NCBI GenBank assembly: GCA_036444275.1
Contig: JAZGAD010000028.1
Coordinates: forward strand, 27,742-91,741
Reading direction: 5' to 3'
DNA length: 64,000 nt
Source: Candidatus Hydrothermarchaeales archaeon
GTDB taxonomy: Archaea; Hydrothermarchaeota; Hydrothermarchaeia; Hydrothermarchaeales; JAZGAD01
Position 1 is the first letter of the stretch. Each line of letters begins with the position of its first letter. Shown in pieces: positions 54,492 to 64,000 of the stretch. A model generated the notes under the pieces. It ran no database searches. It saw only the letters and a program-made list of their open reading frames with translations, and was not told where the DNA came from. The position numbers were made by a program, and so were the translations under genes.

Positions 54492-55724
54492 ATGAAACCA
54501 TCGTCTATGGAGCTGCACAAGCTCAAAAAAGAGATAGAAGTCCTAGAGGCGAAGAAGGGAAAGGGCACAGAGCTGGTGAGCATCTATATCCCTCAAGATA
54601 AGAAGTTGTTTGATATATCAGGCCAGATGCGAGAAGAGTACTCGCAGGCTATGAACATCAAGTCAACTAGGACTAGGAAGAATGTGCAGTCAGCGTTGGA
54701 GGTAATAATGCAGAGGTTGAAACTCATTGATAAGGTGCCTGAGAACGGCCTTGTCCTATTAGTCGGTACCATACCACGGGGGACCAAGGATAAGATAGAG
54801 GTCTACATGCTTCATCCACCTGATACAATCCAGACGTATATATACCACTGCAATTCCCAGTTTCTTCTGGATCCAATAAAGGATATGTTGGTTGAAAAAG
54901 GCGCATATGGCCTGCTGGTGCTAGATAGGGGCGAAGCTACAATAGGCATGCTGAAGGGGAAGAGAATAGAAATATTGAAGAGAGTGGCCTCTACGGTGCC
55001 AGGAAAACATGGTAGGGGCGGTCAGTCACAGAAACGCTTCGAGCGTTTGATAGAGATAGCAGCACATGAATACTTCAAGCGCATCGCCGGATATGCCAAC
55101 GAGATCTTCCTGAACACACCTAAGTTGACAGGAGTGATAGTCGGTGGACCTGGACCAACTAAGAACTTTTTCATGGACGAGGAATACCTCAACATCAATA
55201 TCCAACAGAAGGTGATAGGCATTGTAGACATCTCCTACACCGATGAATTCGGTATTAGGGAACTGGTGGACCGCAGTTCAGAGCTCCTGAAAGACATGGA
55301 TATTGTAAAGGAGAAGAAATTGGTGGAGCGCTTTCTGGAGGAGGTAGTCAAGGACAAGGGCTTGGCAGCCTACGGCCTGAAGGAAGTCAGTCATTACCTT
55401 AAGATGGGAGCGGTCGAGACTGTATTGGTATCAGAGGAACTGGAGTCTTTCAAAGTAAGCATAAGCTGCTCGTCCTGCGGCCATGTGGAGGAGAAGACTG
55501 TTAGGAGCCTCCGGAAGCTTGAGAAAGAGTTGGAGGGAAAACAGTGCCCCGCATGTAGTGAGAAGAGTCTGGGTATGGATGAATTCAAAAGCACTCTGGA
55601 AGAGCTAGAGGAGATGGCAGAGGCTACCAATGCAATTATCGAGGTAATATCTACAGAAACAGAAAAAGGAGAGCAGCTCAAGTCATTTGGAGGGATAGCT
55701 GCCCTGCTAAGATTTAGGCCTTGA
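54492..55724 (+). CDS. prf1: Peptide chain release factor aRF1
   Basis: GTELVSIYIP, NIKS, YHC, GGQS and GGIAALLRF motifs. Start set at ATG 54492. Confidence 0.97.
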   Translation: MKPSSMELHKLKKEIEVLEAKKGKGTELVSIYIPQDKKLFDISGQMREEYSQAMNIKSTRTRKNVQSALEVIMQRLKLIDKVPENGLVLLVGTIPRGTKDKIEVYMLHPPDTIQTYIYHCNSQFLLDPIKDMLVEKGAYGLLVLDRGEATIGMLKGKRIEILKRVASTVPGKHGRGGQSQKRFERLIEIAAHEYFKRIAGYANEIFLNTPKLTGVIVGGPGPTKNFFMDEEYLNINIQQKVIGIVDISYTDEFGIRELVDRSSELLKDMDIVKEKKLVERFLEEVVKDKGLAAYGLKEVSHYLKMGAVETVLVSEELESFKVSISCSSCGHVEEKTVRSLRKLEKELEGKQCPACSEKSLGMDEFKSTLEELEEMAEATNAIIEVISTETEKGEQLKSFGGIAALLRFRP

Positions 55725-55878
55725 CAGTAGCGTGATGGTGTAGGGGGTAGGGTATCGTAGAAGTCTATTAGATGAGGGGGAGGTTATACGTAGTATGCAA
55801 AACGCTGAGACAGCCTAAATTTTAATGGAATGCTTCAAGCGTTCTTTAGCTTACTTGACTTTTGCTCCGAATTAAGAA

Positions 55879-56199
55879 CTATGCCTTCGCTTTCTTTGGC
55901 ATTAGGACTATACCTTCTCGTGTACTGTAGATCTCTACTTGGTCTTTTTCTTTTAGCCCAAATGATTCGACGATGTCCTTTGGTAGCCTGACCGCTAGAG
56001 AAGAACCGAGTTTTATCACACTCCTTCTCAATTTTGTGATATTCTGGGTGGCAAATTCGGCCATAGCTCGTTCGTGCTCTTCAAGATCAAGCCACTCTTC
56101 ACCACACTTAGGACAGGCATCTGCCCTGACATAGATGCCCTTCTTCCATTCCACCATTCTTTCTTCCATTTCCTCATTACACATCGGACACTTCGTCAT
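55879..56199 (-). CDS. YgiT/MqsA-type zinc finger fused to an AbrB/MazE domain (putative antitoxin)
   Basis: CPMC...CPKCGEEW followed by K.GSSLAVRLPKDI...GLK..D.VEI. Confidence 0.8.
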   Translation of the reverse strand: MTKCPMCNEEMEERMVEWKKGIYVRADACPKCGEEWLDLEEHERAMAEFATQNITKLRRSVIKLGSSLAVRLPKDIVESFGLKEKDQVEIYSTREGIVLMPKKAKA

Positions 56200-56200
56200 C

Positions 56201-56452
56201 TCAATCCACCTCAATAGTCAATATCCAAAGAATACCTTGCCTTATTGTGAATTTTGCACGGTATTTACCTTTCTTTATTATTCCAACTTCACCGTCCTTT
56301 TCTATGCGCTTGACTATTTTTCCTTCTTTCACAAGCTGTCTTGCGAAGTATATTTTTTCACCGACATCCATTGTGTCGTTGATCCTTTCTGCAATTCTCT
56401 GAGATGCGTGAAGTTTGATTTTGATGGGTAAGTTATGGATATCGTATTTCAT
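56201..56452 (-). CDS. Small basic DUF4258/RelE-like protein (putative toxin)
   Basis: HA..R..ER motif and C-terminal beta strands ending ILTI; translationally coupled to the Zn-finger/AbrB gene. Confidence 0.6.
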   Translation of the reverse strand: MKYDIHNLPIKIKLHASQRIAERINDTMDVGEKIYFARQLVKEGKIVKRIEKDGEVGIIKKGKYRAKFTIRQGILWILTIEVD

Positions 56453-56468
56453 ATAATCAACTTTAACA

Positions 56469-56503
56469 TTTAGTATCTTTTTAGTATATAAAAAATACTA
56501 AAA
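56469..56503 (-). promoter_or_regulatory. TA-module promoter with an inverted-repeat operator over the TATA box
   Basis: TTTTAGTAT-7-ATACTAAAA at 56479-56503, an extra TTTAGTAT half-site at 56469-56476, and TTTATATA (- strand) at 56493-56486. Confidence 0.6.
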
Positions 56504-56598
56504 TCGGAAAAATTGCTAGGAAAGACTCCTGATTAGACTATAAACCCCATATTTTGCCAAATTCTAGATACTCCACCGCACAAGGAATCTAGGAACAA

Positions 56599-57657
56599 TC
56601 ACACTCTAAACCTGAGGAGTGCCGCTATACCACCCAGGGACTGAAGCCTTTCCCCTGCCTCGTGTTCCGTGGATACAATTATTGCTTCCCCACCGGCCTT
56701 CTTAACCTTCTTTATGAATTTGTCGCATTCCTCATCGGTGCGCAGGTACACATCACTTAAAAGAAGCTTCTCAACTGCTCCATAGTCCAAGGCGCTCCTC
56801 ACCTCCTTTAGACCATAGGCGCATAGCCCAGAGTCTTTGGCTATTTCCTTGAAGAGTCTTTCTACAAGCATTGTCTCCAGAGAAACTCTGCTATCTTCTG
56901 CGACCCTCTCTACTGCCCCCCTCTTTATCACCTCATAGACACCTGTCTTTCCACCGCTGCCAGTGCCTTCCAAGCGGCATATCTCGGCAACTTTAGGGTA
57001 GCGGTCTTTCAGATGCGCTAGGAGGTTCTCCTTCGTAAAACCAGGGCCACCGATGATTATGCCTTTGATGTCCTCTTTCTTAAATAGCTCTTGAAGTTTA
57101 GAGGCAACTTTGGCATAGAACTCTTTCACGCTGACTTCATGCTCCTTTTCCAGGCGCTTCCCAGATACCGGAGAGGTTATCCTGACTATGAAGTCCACGC
57201 CATAGCGTCTCATAAGTGCAAATTCTGCTTCTCCATCCTCTACGGCAACGACGAGAGCGAGAGGTGTCTTAGCTGCTTTCTCTGCCTCTTTCAACCTTTC
57301 AAACTGCCACTGCTTCCATTCCTTCTTAATCGAAATCACGTTGTTAAGCTGCACGTCCAGAGTGTGGTATGCCTCTAAGGATATTAGGTCCTCTGGTCCC
57401 TTTTTTATCTTGCCGGTAATGCGCAGGCGATTTATTGATGGGTGGAACTCCACGTTCTCCACAGCAATATCGAGAGACACTGGGACACGTTCCCCCTTAT
57501 CTGCCCTCAGTTTTTCCTCGTCGCGTATTCTCCTATAGCTCCTGCCTGAGACTAGGTCGCCCTCCTGTATCACGCTTTTGAGGTACCATAAGTCGTCTAG
57601 GACCTCTGGCTTGAGCTTTATCACCCCTTCCTTCTTGTCTCTATGGATTATCTTCAT
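56599..57657 (-). CDS. pelA: Pelota (Dom34) ribosome rescue factor
   Basis: PE..DDLWYL, RLRI.G.I, YHTL, GPGF.K and LGGIAALLRF motifs. Confidence 0.96.
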   Translation of the reverse strand: MKIIHRDKKEGVIKLKPEVLDDLWYLKSVIQEGDLVSGRSYRRIRDEEKLRADKGERVPVSLDIAVENVEFHPSINRLRITGKIKKGPEDLISLEAYHTLDVQLNNVISIKKEWKQWQFERLKEAEKAAKTPLALVVAVEDGEAEFALMRRYGVDFIVRITSPVSGKRLEKEHEVSVKEFYAKVASKLQELFKKEDIKGIIIGGPGFTKENLLAHLKDRYPKVAEICRLEGTGSGGKTGVYEVIKRGAVERVAEDSRVSLETMLVERLFKEIAKDSGLCAYGLKEVRSALDYGAVEKLLLSDVYLRTDEECDKFIKKVKKAGGEAIIVSTEHEAGERLQSLGGIAALLRFRV

Positions 57658-58772
57658 TCCCGCACCATAAAGTCCTCTATGACGTCCTTCGCCTTCTCCC
57701 GTTTCGTTTGGTGCTGCATTAAGAATTTAGTTACCTTTTCCGCCAGGTATTCCTTGTGTTCGCCGCATAGCAAGCTCCCGCTTTTGCATTCCAAGTACTG
57801 CTTTTTGATCTTGGCGTCGTCATCTTCAAAGATATAGAATAGGTATTGGTAGACCGGGCAGATATCAGGGTTTCCGCCCTTCTCCTTCTGCTCCTTTGTC
57901 GTCGCCTGACCTCCAGTGAAGGCATTCGATATCTTCTCTCTCGCTGTTTCCGGAGGATCGGTGGTGTAGATGCTGCTTTCTGGCAGGGATGCCGACATCT
58001 TTTCAGTACCAGTCAGGCTTGGGAAGAACTTGCAGTGAATAAGGGCAGGCTTAGGATAGCCTAGGTAAGGTGCCACATCACGCGTAACCCTAAAGTGTGG
58101 GTCCTGGTCTATCGCACACGGTATTAAGCACGGGACATCTTTTCCCTGCTTCTCACTCTCGATGAATGCTGGAGCTGACTGCATGCAGGTGAAGAATATC
58201 AATCCTATATTCGTGCTGTTATTGAACCCGAAGACAGCTTTAGCTGTTGAGAAAGTTACCCTTTTCGCCACCCTTACAGCGAGATTATACAACTTCTTTA
58301 TGTACTCTGTATCAAGGAATATCTCGGTCTTCTTCTGATCGAAGCCAAGTGCTATAATATCCAAGGCGTTTTCGTAGGCGTATTTCTTGGCATCGTCAAA
58401 GGTAAAATCCTCCTTGAAGAGGAATTTCTCATCGTCAGTGAGCTGGAACAGGAGTTTTGCACCGAATTTATCCTGGAGGTACTTGGTGAAGATCCAGGGC
58501 ATAAGGTGCCCCAAGTGTGTGTCGCCGCTGGGCCCTCTGCCAGTGTAGAGAACGAACTCGTTGCCTTTTTCGTATTCTTTAAGGAGCCAGTCCAAGCTTC
58601 TGTGGGAATAGAATATCTTCCTCCGAAGCATGGGGTGAAGCTCTCCAACGTGCTTTTCCATCTTTTTAAGCAGTGCGCTGTCTATGCGCTGGGTTCCAAA
58701 TTTCTTCACCAGCTTCTCATAGTTGATATCCCCTCTCACCTCCCAGGGCGTAACCACAAATTCCTCAGGCAT
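57654..58772 (-). CDS. trpS: Tryptophanyl-tRNA synthetase
   Basis: VTPWEV, YTGRGPS...HLGH, IPCAIDQDPHF and KMSAS motifs. Confidence 0.97.
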   Translation of the reverse strand: MPEEFVVTPWEVRGDINYEKLVKKFGTQRIDSALLKKMEKHVGELHPMLRRKIFYSHRSLDWLLKEYEKGNEFVLYTGRGPSGDTHLGHLMPWIFTKYLQDKFGAKLLFQLTDDEKFLFKEDFTFDDAKKYAYENALDIIALGFDQKKTEIFLDTEYIKKLYNLAVRVAKRVTFSTAKAVFGFNNSTNIGLIFFTCMQSAPAFIESEKQGKDVPCLIPCAIDQDPHFRVTRDVAPYLGYPKPALIHCKFFPSLTGTEKMSASLPESSIYTTDPPETAREKISNAFTGGQATTKEQKEKGGNPDICPVYQYLFYIFEDDDAKIKKQYLECKSGSLLCGEHKEYLAEKVTKFLMQHQTKREKAKDVIEDFMVRE

Positions 58773-58781
58773 ATTCAGACC

Positions 58782-59282
58782 TCACGGTGTTATCCTATCG
58801 ATGGAGTAGTAAGTCACATCGCCGTCCTCGTCCACGGCTGCAAAGATCAGTGTTTTCTTCACCCCTTGAGCTAGCCTCACCGCCCTAGCCACTTCTGGTA
58901 GAGATATGCTGTAGTCCTCTGGCACAGCATGCACTAGGTATTTGGAGTGTTCCTTTGGGAATCCCCCGCGCTCGTAGACGCGGAAGTGAGCACCAAATTT
59001 GAATCCGGTCTTGAGTACATAGCCCCTATCCCTGAGGTCGCTGTATACGCGGTATCTCAGGCTGAAGTCCCGTTCATCCAGTCTTTTCGCAAGGTCCGCA
59101 GCTGGCACTTCATTCCCGTCTTGCGTGACGCTTATGGAGCCCCTTTCCACCAGGTATAGAGCTTCCAGCGAGGAGAGCTCCAACGTGTCTCCAGATTGCT
59201 TTCCGAAGCCTTTTTGGCTGAGCTTATCTATGCTTGCCTCGTCGTCGACTACTATCTTGTCCTCAAGGAGGAGTACTGCCAT
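58782..59282 (-). CDS. endA: tRNA-intron endonuclease (short, alpha4-type size)
   Basis: LS..EALYL, VY.DLR.RGY..KTG.KFG.HFRVY, HS.YLV and VKK motifs. Start set at ATG 59282 (166 aa). Confidence 0.94.
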   Translation of the reverse strand: MAVLLLEDKIVVDDEASIDKLSQKGFGKQSGDTLELSSLEALYLVERGSISVTQDGNEVPAADLAKRLDERDFSLRYRVYSDLRDRGYVLKTGFKFGAHFRVYERGGFPKEHSKYLVHAVPEDYSISLPEVARAVRLAQGVKKTLIFAAVDEDGDVTYYSIDRITP

Positions 59283-59355
59283 AATATGAAGAGAAAACAT
59301 GAAATTATATAAATATAGAGGTAAAGTAAAAATCAGGAGAAAAGGAGGCGGTAGC

Positions 59356-59736
59356 ATGACTACAGTCAAATCGATTATGCACAGTGCAACCATCATCGAC
59401 CCAGATACCACTGTCTTTGAAGTGGCCAAGATGATGCGGGACAAGAGCATAGGCTCTGTGCTTCTCAACCTGGGTGAGTCAAATTATGGTATAGTTACAG
59501 AGCGGGATATGGTCTTCACGGTTACAGCTGGCAATATGGATGCAAAAGTGGTGAAGGCAAGAGATGTGATGACCAAGTTGCAATACACCGTAGATTCTAA
59601 TGCTAGCCTCGCGGAGGCCACTGAGATCTTCAATGAACATCACATCAGAAGACTTCCGGTTATGGAGGGCGGGGAGATAATAGGGGTCGTTACTTCCAGA
59701 GACGTTGCGAAGGCAAGTGCATCCGCGCGTGCATGA
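59356..59736 (+). CDS. CBS-pair protein
   Basis: IGSVL, GIVTERD, IRRLPV and GVVT.RD motifs; GGAGG SD before ATG 59356. Confidence 0.92.
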   Translation: MTTVKSIMHSATIIDPDTTVFEVAKMMRDKSIGSVLLNLGESNYGIVTERDMVFTVTAGNMDAKVVKARDVMTKLQYTVDSNASLAEATEIFNEHHIRRLPVMEGGEIIGVVTSRDVAKASASARA

Positions 59737-59765
59737 AGGGCTGGTAACAATTATTATCTTACTTG

Positions 59766-60074
59766 CTATTGAGTTCCTAGCGAAGTTCTGATATACTGCG
59801 TGAAGACCTCTCGTATCTCTTTGGTTCGGCGGCTCAATAGATCCATTAATTCCGCGAATTCCTCATCTGTAGGTTCTCTTTTTACATCCATAGCGTAGAT
59901 TGCCCAAAACTTCGCTGTCAAGAGCCCCATCATATACGCACGCATATTCTCTTCAGTGGAATCGAGATCGCTGAACTCAAGCGCTTTCTTTATTAACTCG
60001 GGATCTTTAAGCACCGAATCAACTTCCGTTTCGATTGCATTTCTTACAGTAGAGTCCATGTGGTATCCCTTCAT
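59766..60074 (-). CDS. Hypothetical helical protein
   Basis: 102-aa ORF with an upstream TTTATAA and plausible composition; no recognised family. Confidence 0.55.
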   Translation of the reverse strand: MKGYHMDSTVRNAIETEVDSVLKDPELIKKALEFSDLDSTEENMRAYMMGLLTAKFWAIYAMDVKREPTDEEFAELMDLLSRRTKEIREVFTQYIRTSLGTQ

Positions 60075-60249
60075 ATCGCCTTTCTGGCTTTCCTTTATAA
60101 AGTCTTTGCTCTGCTAATTTTAGTCGCTTATAGTGCCTGATTATCTCTTTAACGCTACGCTCAACTTACTCTAAATGCTGTACAAATACAGTATTAATCA
60201 ATTAAAATCCAGTTAAAAAGCCTGTAAAGGTAAATCCACTGCTGAGGAG

Positions 60250-60321
60250 AGCCAGGGGTGAGATTCGAACTCACGTAACGCGGATCTGCAGTCCGCTGCC
60301 TCGCCTCTAGACTACCCTGGC
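60250..60321 (-). tRNA. tRNA-Cys(GCA)
   Basis: GCCAGGG/CCCTGGC acceptor stem, U73, GCGGA-CTGCAGA-TCCGC anticodon arm and GTTCGAATC. Confidence 0.95.
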
Positions 60322-60360
60322 ATTACGCCAAAAATGACTTCGATACCATTATAAACCTTT

Positions 60361-61062
60361 CTAGAATGCATAAAACAAGCCTTTTTCGAAGTATATCTCT
60401 GCCATTATGGATAGCCCGAGGAAGATGCTAATAAAACCCACTGCCCATCTTATCTTTTCATTAATGTTTTCAATGCCTGTAGTATACGTGAAGGGCAGGC
60501 TTAGGAAGGTGCTTATTATCAGCATTCCAAGTATGGATCCAACGCCGAAAACCAGGATAAAGAAGAGACCTAAGGTGATAGTGTCTATAGAGGCTAGTAC
60601 CAAAAGCATGAGCGCTGCGCTTCCCGCCAGTCCCTGAATGCCCCCCGTTATGATGGATTTTCTTTCATGGTTGTGTCCATGATTCTCAGCCTCGTGGGAG
60701 TGTAGATGGATATGAGAGGCTCCCTTGTGACGGTGGAAATGTAAGTGCAAGGCAGGAACCCTTTCCACTATCAACTTCCATAGTAATGAGAATCCCAAAA
60801 TAACCAGCACTAGGCCTACTATAAATTCCATGGCCCGAGCCAAAATAGGAGGTATCGCTAGTTTAAAGATCAGCACCAAGCCCCCTACTAAGAATAGTGT
60901 GATGCTATGGCCGACTCCCCAGAGCATGCCTAGGAAGGAGGACCTCAACATAGTTTTGTTCTCGCTTACGATAGTAGAGACTGCTACCACATGGTCGGCG
61001 TCGAGAGAGTGCTGCATGCCTAGTAAAAAGCCAAAACTTAAAGTCGCTAGCAATCCATCCAT
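60361..61062 (-). CDS. UreH/NiCoT-like nickel/cobalt transporter
   Basis: GMQHSLDADHV, WGVGHS, His-rich loop and G...GLAGS motifs; immediately downstream of nikR. Confidence 0.88.
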   Translation of the reverse strand: MDGLLATLSFGFLLGMQHSLDADHVVAVSTIVSENKTMLRSSFLGMLWGVGHSITLFLVGGLVLIFKLAIPPILARAMEFIVGLVLVILGFSLLWKLIVERVPALHLHFHRHKGASHIHLHSHEAENHGHNHERKSIITGGIQGLAGSAALMLLVLASIDTITLGLFFILVFGVGSILGMLIISTFLSLPFTYTTGIENINEKIRWAVGFISIFLGLSIMAEIYFEKGLFYAF

Positions 61063-61109
61063 GTTACCTTTTTAAAAAACGTGCCACTATAAATATATTA
61101 GGGCCTATG

Positions 61110-61526
61110 TTACGGCACTTCTTTTCCTGTAGTGGTCATTACCAGCTTGCCGTGCTTCACTCCCCGAGAACTTATGAGGGAGTCTGATATCTCCTTTATC
61201 TTTTTCGCCATGCCCCTTAGAACCAGTATTTCGGCACAATTCTCCTCGTCGAGATGAACATGCATACCTGAAACTACGCTGCCGGCATGCTGATGCTGCA
61301 AATCCGTGAGCTTATCAGATACCCCGGAACCATGATGATATATTAAGGTAAGGGAACCCACCACCTCGCCCTCTCCAGCTTCCCATTCCCTTGTAACAAG
61401 TGAATTCCTAATCAAATCTCTTATGGCTTCCGAACGGTTCGCATAGCCCCTCTCCTCTATCAAAGCATCAAACTTCTCAAGGAGATCGCGATCGAGGGAA
61501 ACTCCGAATCTAACAACTTTATGCAT
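61110..61526 (-). CDS. nikR: Nickel-responsive regulator NikR
   Basis: RFGVSL...[24 protein letters not shown] and GVKHGKL motifs. Confidence 0.96.
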   Translation of the reverse strand: MHKVVRFGVSLDRDLLEKFDALIEERGYANRSEAIRDLIRNSLVTREWEAGEGEVVGSLTLIYHHGSGVSDKLTDLQHQHAGSVVSGMHVHLDEENCAEILVLRGMAKKIKEISDSLISSRGVKHGKLVMTTTGKEVP

Positions 61527-61531
61527 AAATA

Positions 61532-62554
61532 TCAGCGCTGATAGAAGTCCTTGACCCTGACGCTGTCGTTTGGGTGTGGGGTGGAATATTCGTAGATCTT
61601 CAGATTCTCGGTAGCAACGATGGAATGCCTGCGATTCGGCTCTATCCTCACCACCTTCCCAGTCCTAACCGGTATCCTCTTCTTCTCGTCAGTGAACTCA
61701 ATATATCCTTCTCCATTCAAAATGTGCATGGACTCGTCTTTGTTTGGGTGGTAATGCAAGGAGGTGCGGAAGTCCTTCTTCAGATAAAGCTCTTTCACTA
61801 GGTATTTAGGATTATTTACTATTATCTTCTCATAGCCCCAGGGCTTGTCCTCCCTATTCTCATATTCCTTACGCACTACCTCCAAGTCCTTTATTCCGTC
61901 TACCGATCGCCAGAAGGTACTCTTCTCGTAGTAGGGCGACATCTTCCCATCCTCTACCAAACGCGGGAAGACAGTAAACTCTACCTCCCGGCGTTCGTAC
62001 TCCTGCTTGAAATAAGGAAATGCCTCCTTCTTTATGTAGTAGGTACCGGCGTTGATGTATATATCCAAGAAGGGTTTCTCCTTGAAGGATATCACCTTCC
62101 TACCGCTGAACTCCACTACGCCATAAGGGCTCTGCATAGCTGTGAGAGCCATGGTGATGAGAGCATCGTCTGCCTGCGCATGCTTTATCAAGTTCTTTAT
62201 ATTCAAATCGCTTACTACGTCGCCGTTCCTGACCACGATATCGGTCTTTATATTCTTCAAGGCATTCTTCAAGGCAAAGAGAGTGCCTATGGGCTTATCC
62301 TCCAGTAGGTAGTGGATCTTCACCCCCTTGAAGCTGGAGCCATAGCGCTTCTGTATCTGCTCCCCCAGGTGCCCAATGAGTAAGTAGACTTCTCCTATGC
62401 CAGCATACTTCAAATCCAGGATCTGCTTATCCAGTATGCTATAGCCGTCCTTCAAATCCAGCAAGGGCTTGGGCGTGCTTTCAGTCAAGGGCATGAGCCG
62501 CTTGCCATAGCCCCCTGCAAAGATTACTCCTTTAACTGTGCCCACTTTAACCAC
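61532..62554 (-). CDS. Sugar-phosphate nucleotidyltransferase with C-terminal cupin domain
   Basis: [11 protein letters not shown]...PKPL, F.EKP, INAG.Y, then KPWGYE...TSLHYH..K.E cupin. Confidence 0.88.
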   Translation of the reverse strand: MVKVGTVKGVIFAGGYGKRLMPLTESTPKPLLDLKDGYSILDKQILDLKYAGIGEVYLLIGHLGEQIQKRYGSSFKGVKIHYLLEDKPIGTLFALKNALKNIKTDIVVRNGDVVSDLNIKNLIKHAQADDALITMALTAMQSPYGVVEFSGRKVISFKEKPFLDIYINAGTYYIKKEAFPYFKQEYERREVEFTVFPRLVEDGKMSPYYEKSTFWRSVDGIKDLEVVRKEYENREDKPWGYEKIIVNNPKYLVKELYLKKDFRTSLHYHPNKDESMHILNGEGYIEFTDEKKRIPVRTGKVVRIEPNRRHSIVATENLKIYEYSTPHPNDSVRVKDFYQR

Positions 62555-62559
62555 TTGTC

Positions 62560-62937
62560 CTATTTTATCCGATCTGTGTATTTTATCCTCTTACCCTTTT
62601 TCCCGAATACCGAGGAGAGGCTCACGAGATAGCGCCCTTCCTCGCCAGATAGGATTACTGGCTCCTTAGCCATGAGGGATGCAATATCCAGCTTAAACAC
62701 ACCGTTATCTATCTTTACATTCCAGATATCCTTTTCCTCCTCCGATTTCTCCTTCTCCTTCCCCTCCACTTTCTCCTTTTCTGTGCTCTTTATCTCCTTG
62801 GCCTTCAGCTTCTTCGCTTCTTCTTCTGTAATTTTCCTGATGTATAGGAATAGGGAATTGCCGCACTCACAGCCCTTTAGTAGCTCCTCGGATCCATCTT
62901 CGTATATCTTTCCGCAGTTGGTGCATTTATGGGGCAT
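62560..62937 (-). CDS. oapC: OapC/DUF2072 Zn-ribbon protein
   Basis: MPHKCTNCG..Y.DG...LL.GC.CG...F.Y and EEGRY motifs. Confidence 0.85.
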   Translation of the reverse strand: MPHKCTNCGKIYEDGSEELLKGCECGNSLFLYIRKITEEEAKKLKAKEIKSTEKEKVEGKEKEKSEEEKDIWNVKIDNGVFKLDIASLMAKEPVILSGEEGRYLVSLSSVFGKKGKRIKYTDRIK

Positions 62938-62954
62938 AGCTTGCCTGTCTCCCA

Positions 62955-63380
62955 TCAATTTTTCTTGGCCGCTCGCTTCTTTCCTGTTTTGGGCGGAGTC
63001 TTGGCTTTTCTCTTCTTCCTTGAAGTAGCACTCTTAGCAAGCATGGATATGTAGTTCTCCTCCTTCTTTATGGCCTCCACCATCCGCGTAGGCCCGACTA
63101 TTGTAAGTCCTGATCTCCTACCAGAGATGTAGTCAGCGATCTTATCCCGTATCCTCTCAGACTTGTGGTCCATTCTGTAGAATTCTATCCCATGGAAATT
63201 CTTTGTATCTATTTCACGCATCGTGGCCTCTATGAGCTCTGTCTCCTCTGTTGGATCCAATCCCTCCTCTAGTACCACTATCACATTTTCCTTGATCCTA
63301 TGAAGAATGAAGTCTATCTTTTCTATCGTCCCCTTCTCGGAGAGGGTGTCCGCGGATATGAAGTCTAATCTTATCTCCAT
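62955..63380 (-). CDS. oapB: OapB/DUF2073 protein
   Basis: EKI..IL..I....IVVLE.GL.P.EE..LIE.TM.EI...F.GIE and LTIVGP motifs. Confidence 0.87.
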   Translation of the reverse strand: MEIRLDFISADTLSEKGTIEKIDFILHRIKENVIVVLEEGLDPTEETELIEATMREIDTKNFHGIEFYRMDHKSERIRDKIADYISGRRSGLTIVGPTRMVEAIKKEENYISMLAKSATSRKKRKAKTPPKTGKKRAAKKN

Positions 63381-63388
63381 TTATACCA

Positions 63389-64000
63389 TCATCCTGCTAG
63401 ATGCTCCTCTATCGCAGCATAAAGCTTATCCAAGTTCTTACCCTTCATCGCGCTTATTGGCACGACGACGTGCTGTGGAAATGCGTTCTCGATGTTCGCC
63501 GGTTTAGCCTTTGGAAGGTCTATCTTGTTTGCCACTATGATAGCAGGTATCCCTCTTGCCTCGAGATTCCCTATTATGGTCACGTTAACCTGGGTGTATG
63601 GATCCTTGGCGCTGTCCATAACGACGAGCACTGCATCCACGTTGTCCAGCCACTTGATTGCTTCAATCACGCCCTTCGTTGCCTCCTTTGCTCGCTCCCT
63701 AGCCTCTTCCTTGTTCATTCCGTATTTCTTGAAGCTCTTGAAGTCCACCTGCGTCGCTATACCGGGCATGTCCACGATATTCATTCTAAGGGAGCCGTTG
63801 TTAGTATCGACCACAACGTTCTCTATCTTCTGAACCTCCCTCGTCTCATGGGGTATCTCTGAAACCTTTCCAACTTCCTTGCCGAGCCAGTCCATCGATA
63901 TCTTATTCGCCAATGTAGTTTTGCCAGCATTGACTGAGCCATAAAAACCAAGTTGAATCTGCTTCTTTCTCTTCAGGAATTTCAGGATCTTCTTGAAGTG
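63389..64000 (-). CDS. oapA: OapA Era-like GTP-binding protein (5'-truncated by window)
   Basis: Frame is open to base 64000; GSVNAGKTTLAN, PHETRE, DMPG, NKID and ISA motifs. Confidence 0.88.
   Translation of the reverse strand, partial: HFKKILKFLKRKKQIQLGFYGSVNAGKTTLANKISMDWLGKEVGKVSEIPHETREVQKIENVVVDTNNGSLRMNIVDMPGIATQVDFKSFKKYGMNKEEARERAKEATKGVIEAIKWLDNVDAVLVVMDSAKDPYTQVNVTIIGNLEARGIPAIIVANKIDLPKAKPANIENAFPQHVVVPISAMKGKNLDKLYAAIEEHLAG

Noticed and set aside
55725-55810. Possible C/D box sRNA after aRF1 (GTGATGG...CTGA)
   Set aside because: The boxes are degenerate and the spacing is too long for a typical archaeal C/D guide.
59283-59468. Long N-terminal extension of EndA in the ORF track
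   Set aside because: It overlaps the divergent CBS gene and promoter; homology starts at ATG 59282.

Overview
Archaeal (euryarchaeal-type) chromosomal segment made up mostly of core information-processing genes. Split rpoB''/B' and rpoA'/A'', L14e, and a short alpha4-type EndA fit a Methanomada- or Hydrothermarchaeota-like lineage; this is inference only. From left to right: two GT-C-like membrane proteins; a type IV/Tad-like pilus locus (pilin, two T2SS-F platform proteins, and a 1040-aa ATPase built from two complete VirB11/CpaF units); argG-carB-carA divergent from an ACT-domain protein; the L3-to-cbf5 ribosomal superoperon ending in tRNA-Ser(UGA); a 6.9-kb accessory block containing a 1471-aa secreted repeat protein; the convergent 5S/tRNA-rpoH-B''-B'-A'-A''-str-tRNA-Ser(GGA) superoperon; then spoVG, pyrH, aRF1, a small toxin-antitoxin-like pair, pelota, trpS, endA, tRNA-Cys, nikR with a Ni transporter, and oapABC. 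The best novelty candidates are (1) the tandem-ATPase pilus machine with an adjacent STT3/AglB-like GT-C protein, (2) a CASTOR-like ACT protein sharing a palindromic operator with carAB-argG, (3) the giant ~160-aa-repeat protein with an SCP2-like end, and (4) a CDS whose stop codon lies inside a tRNA. All family calls were made by eye from motifs; no database searches were run.
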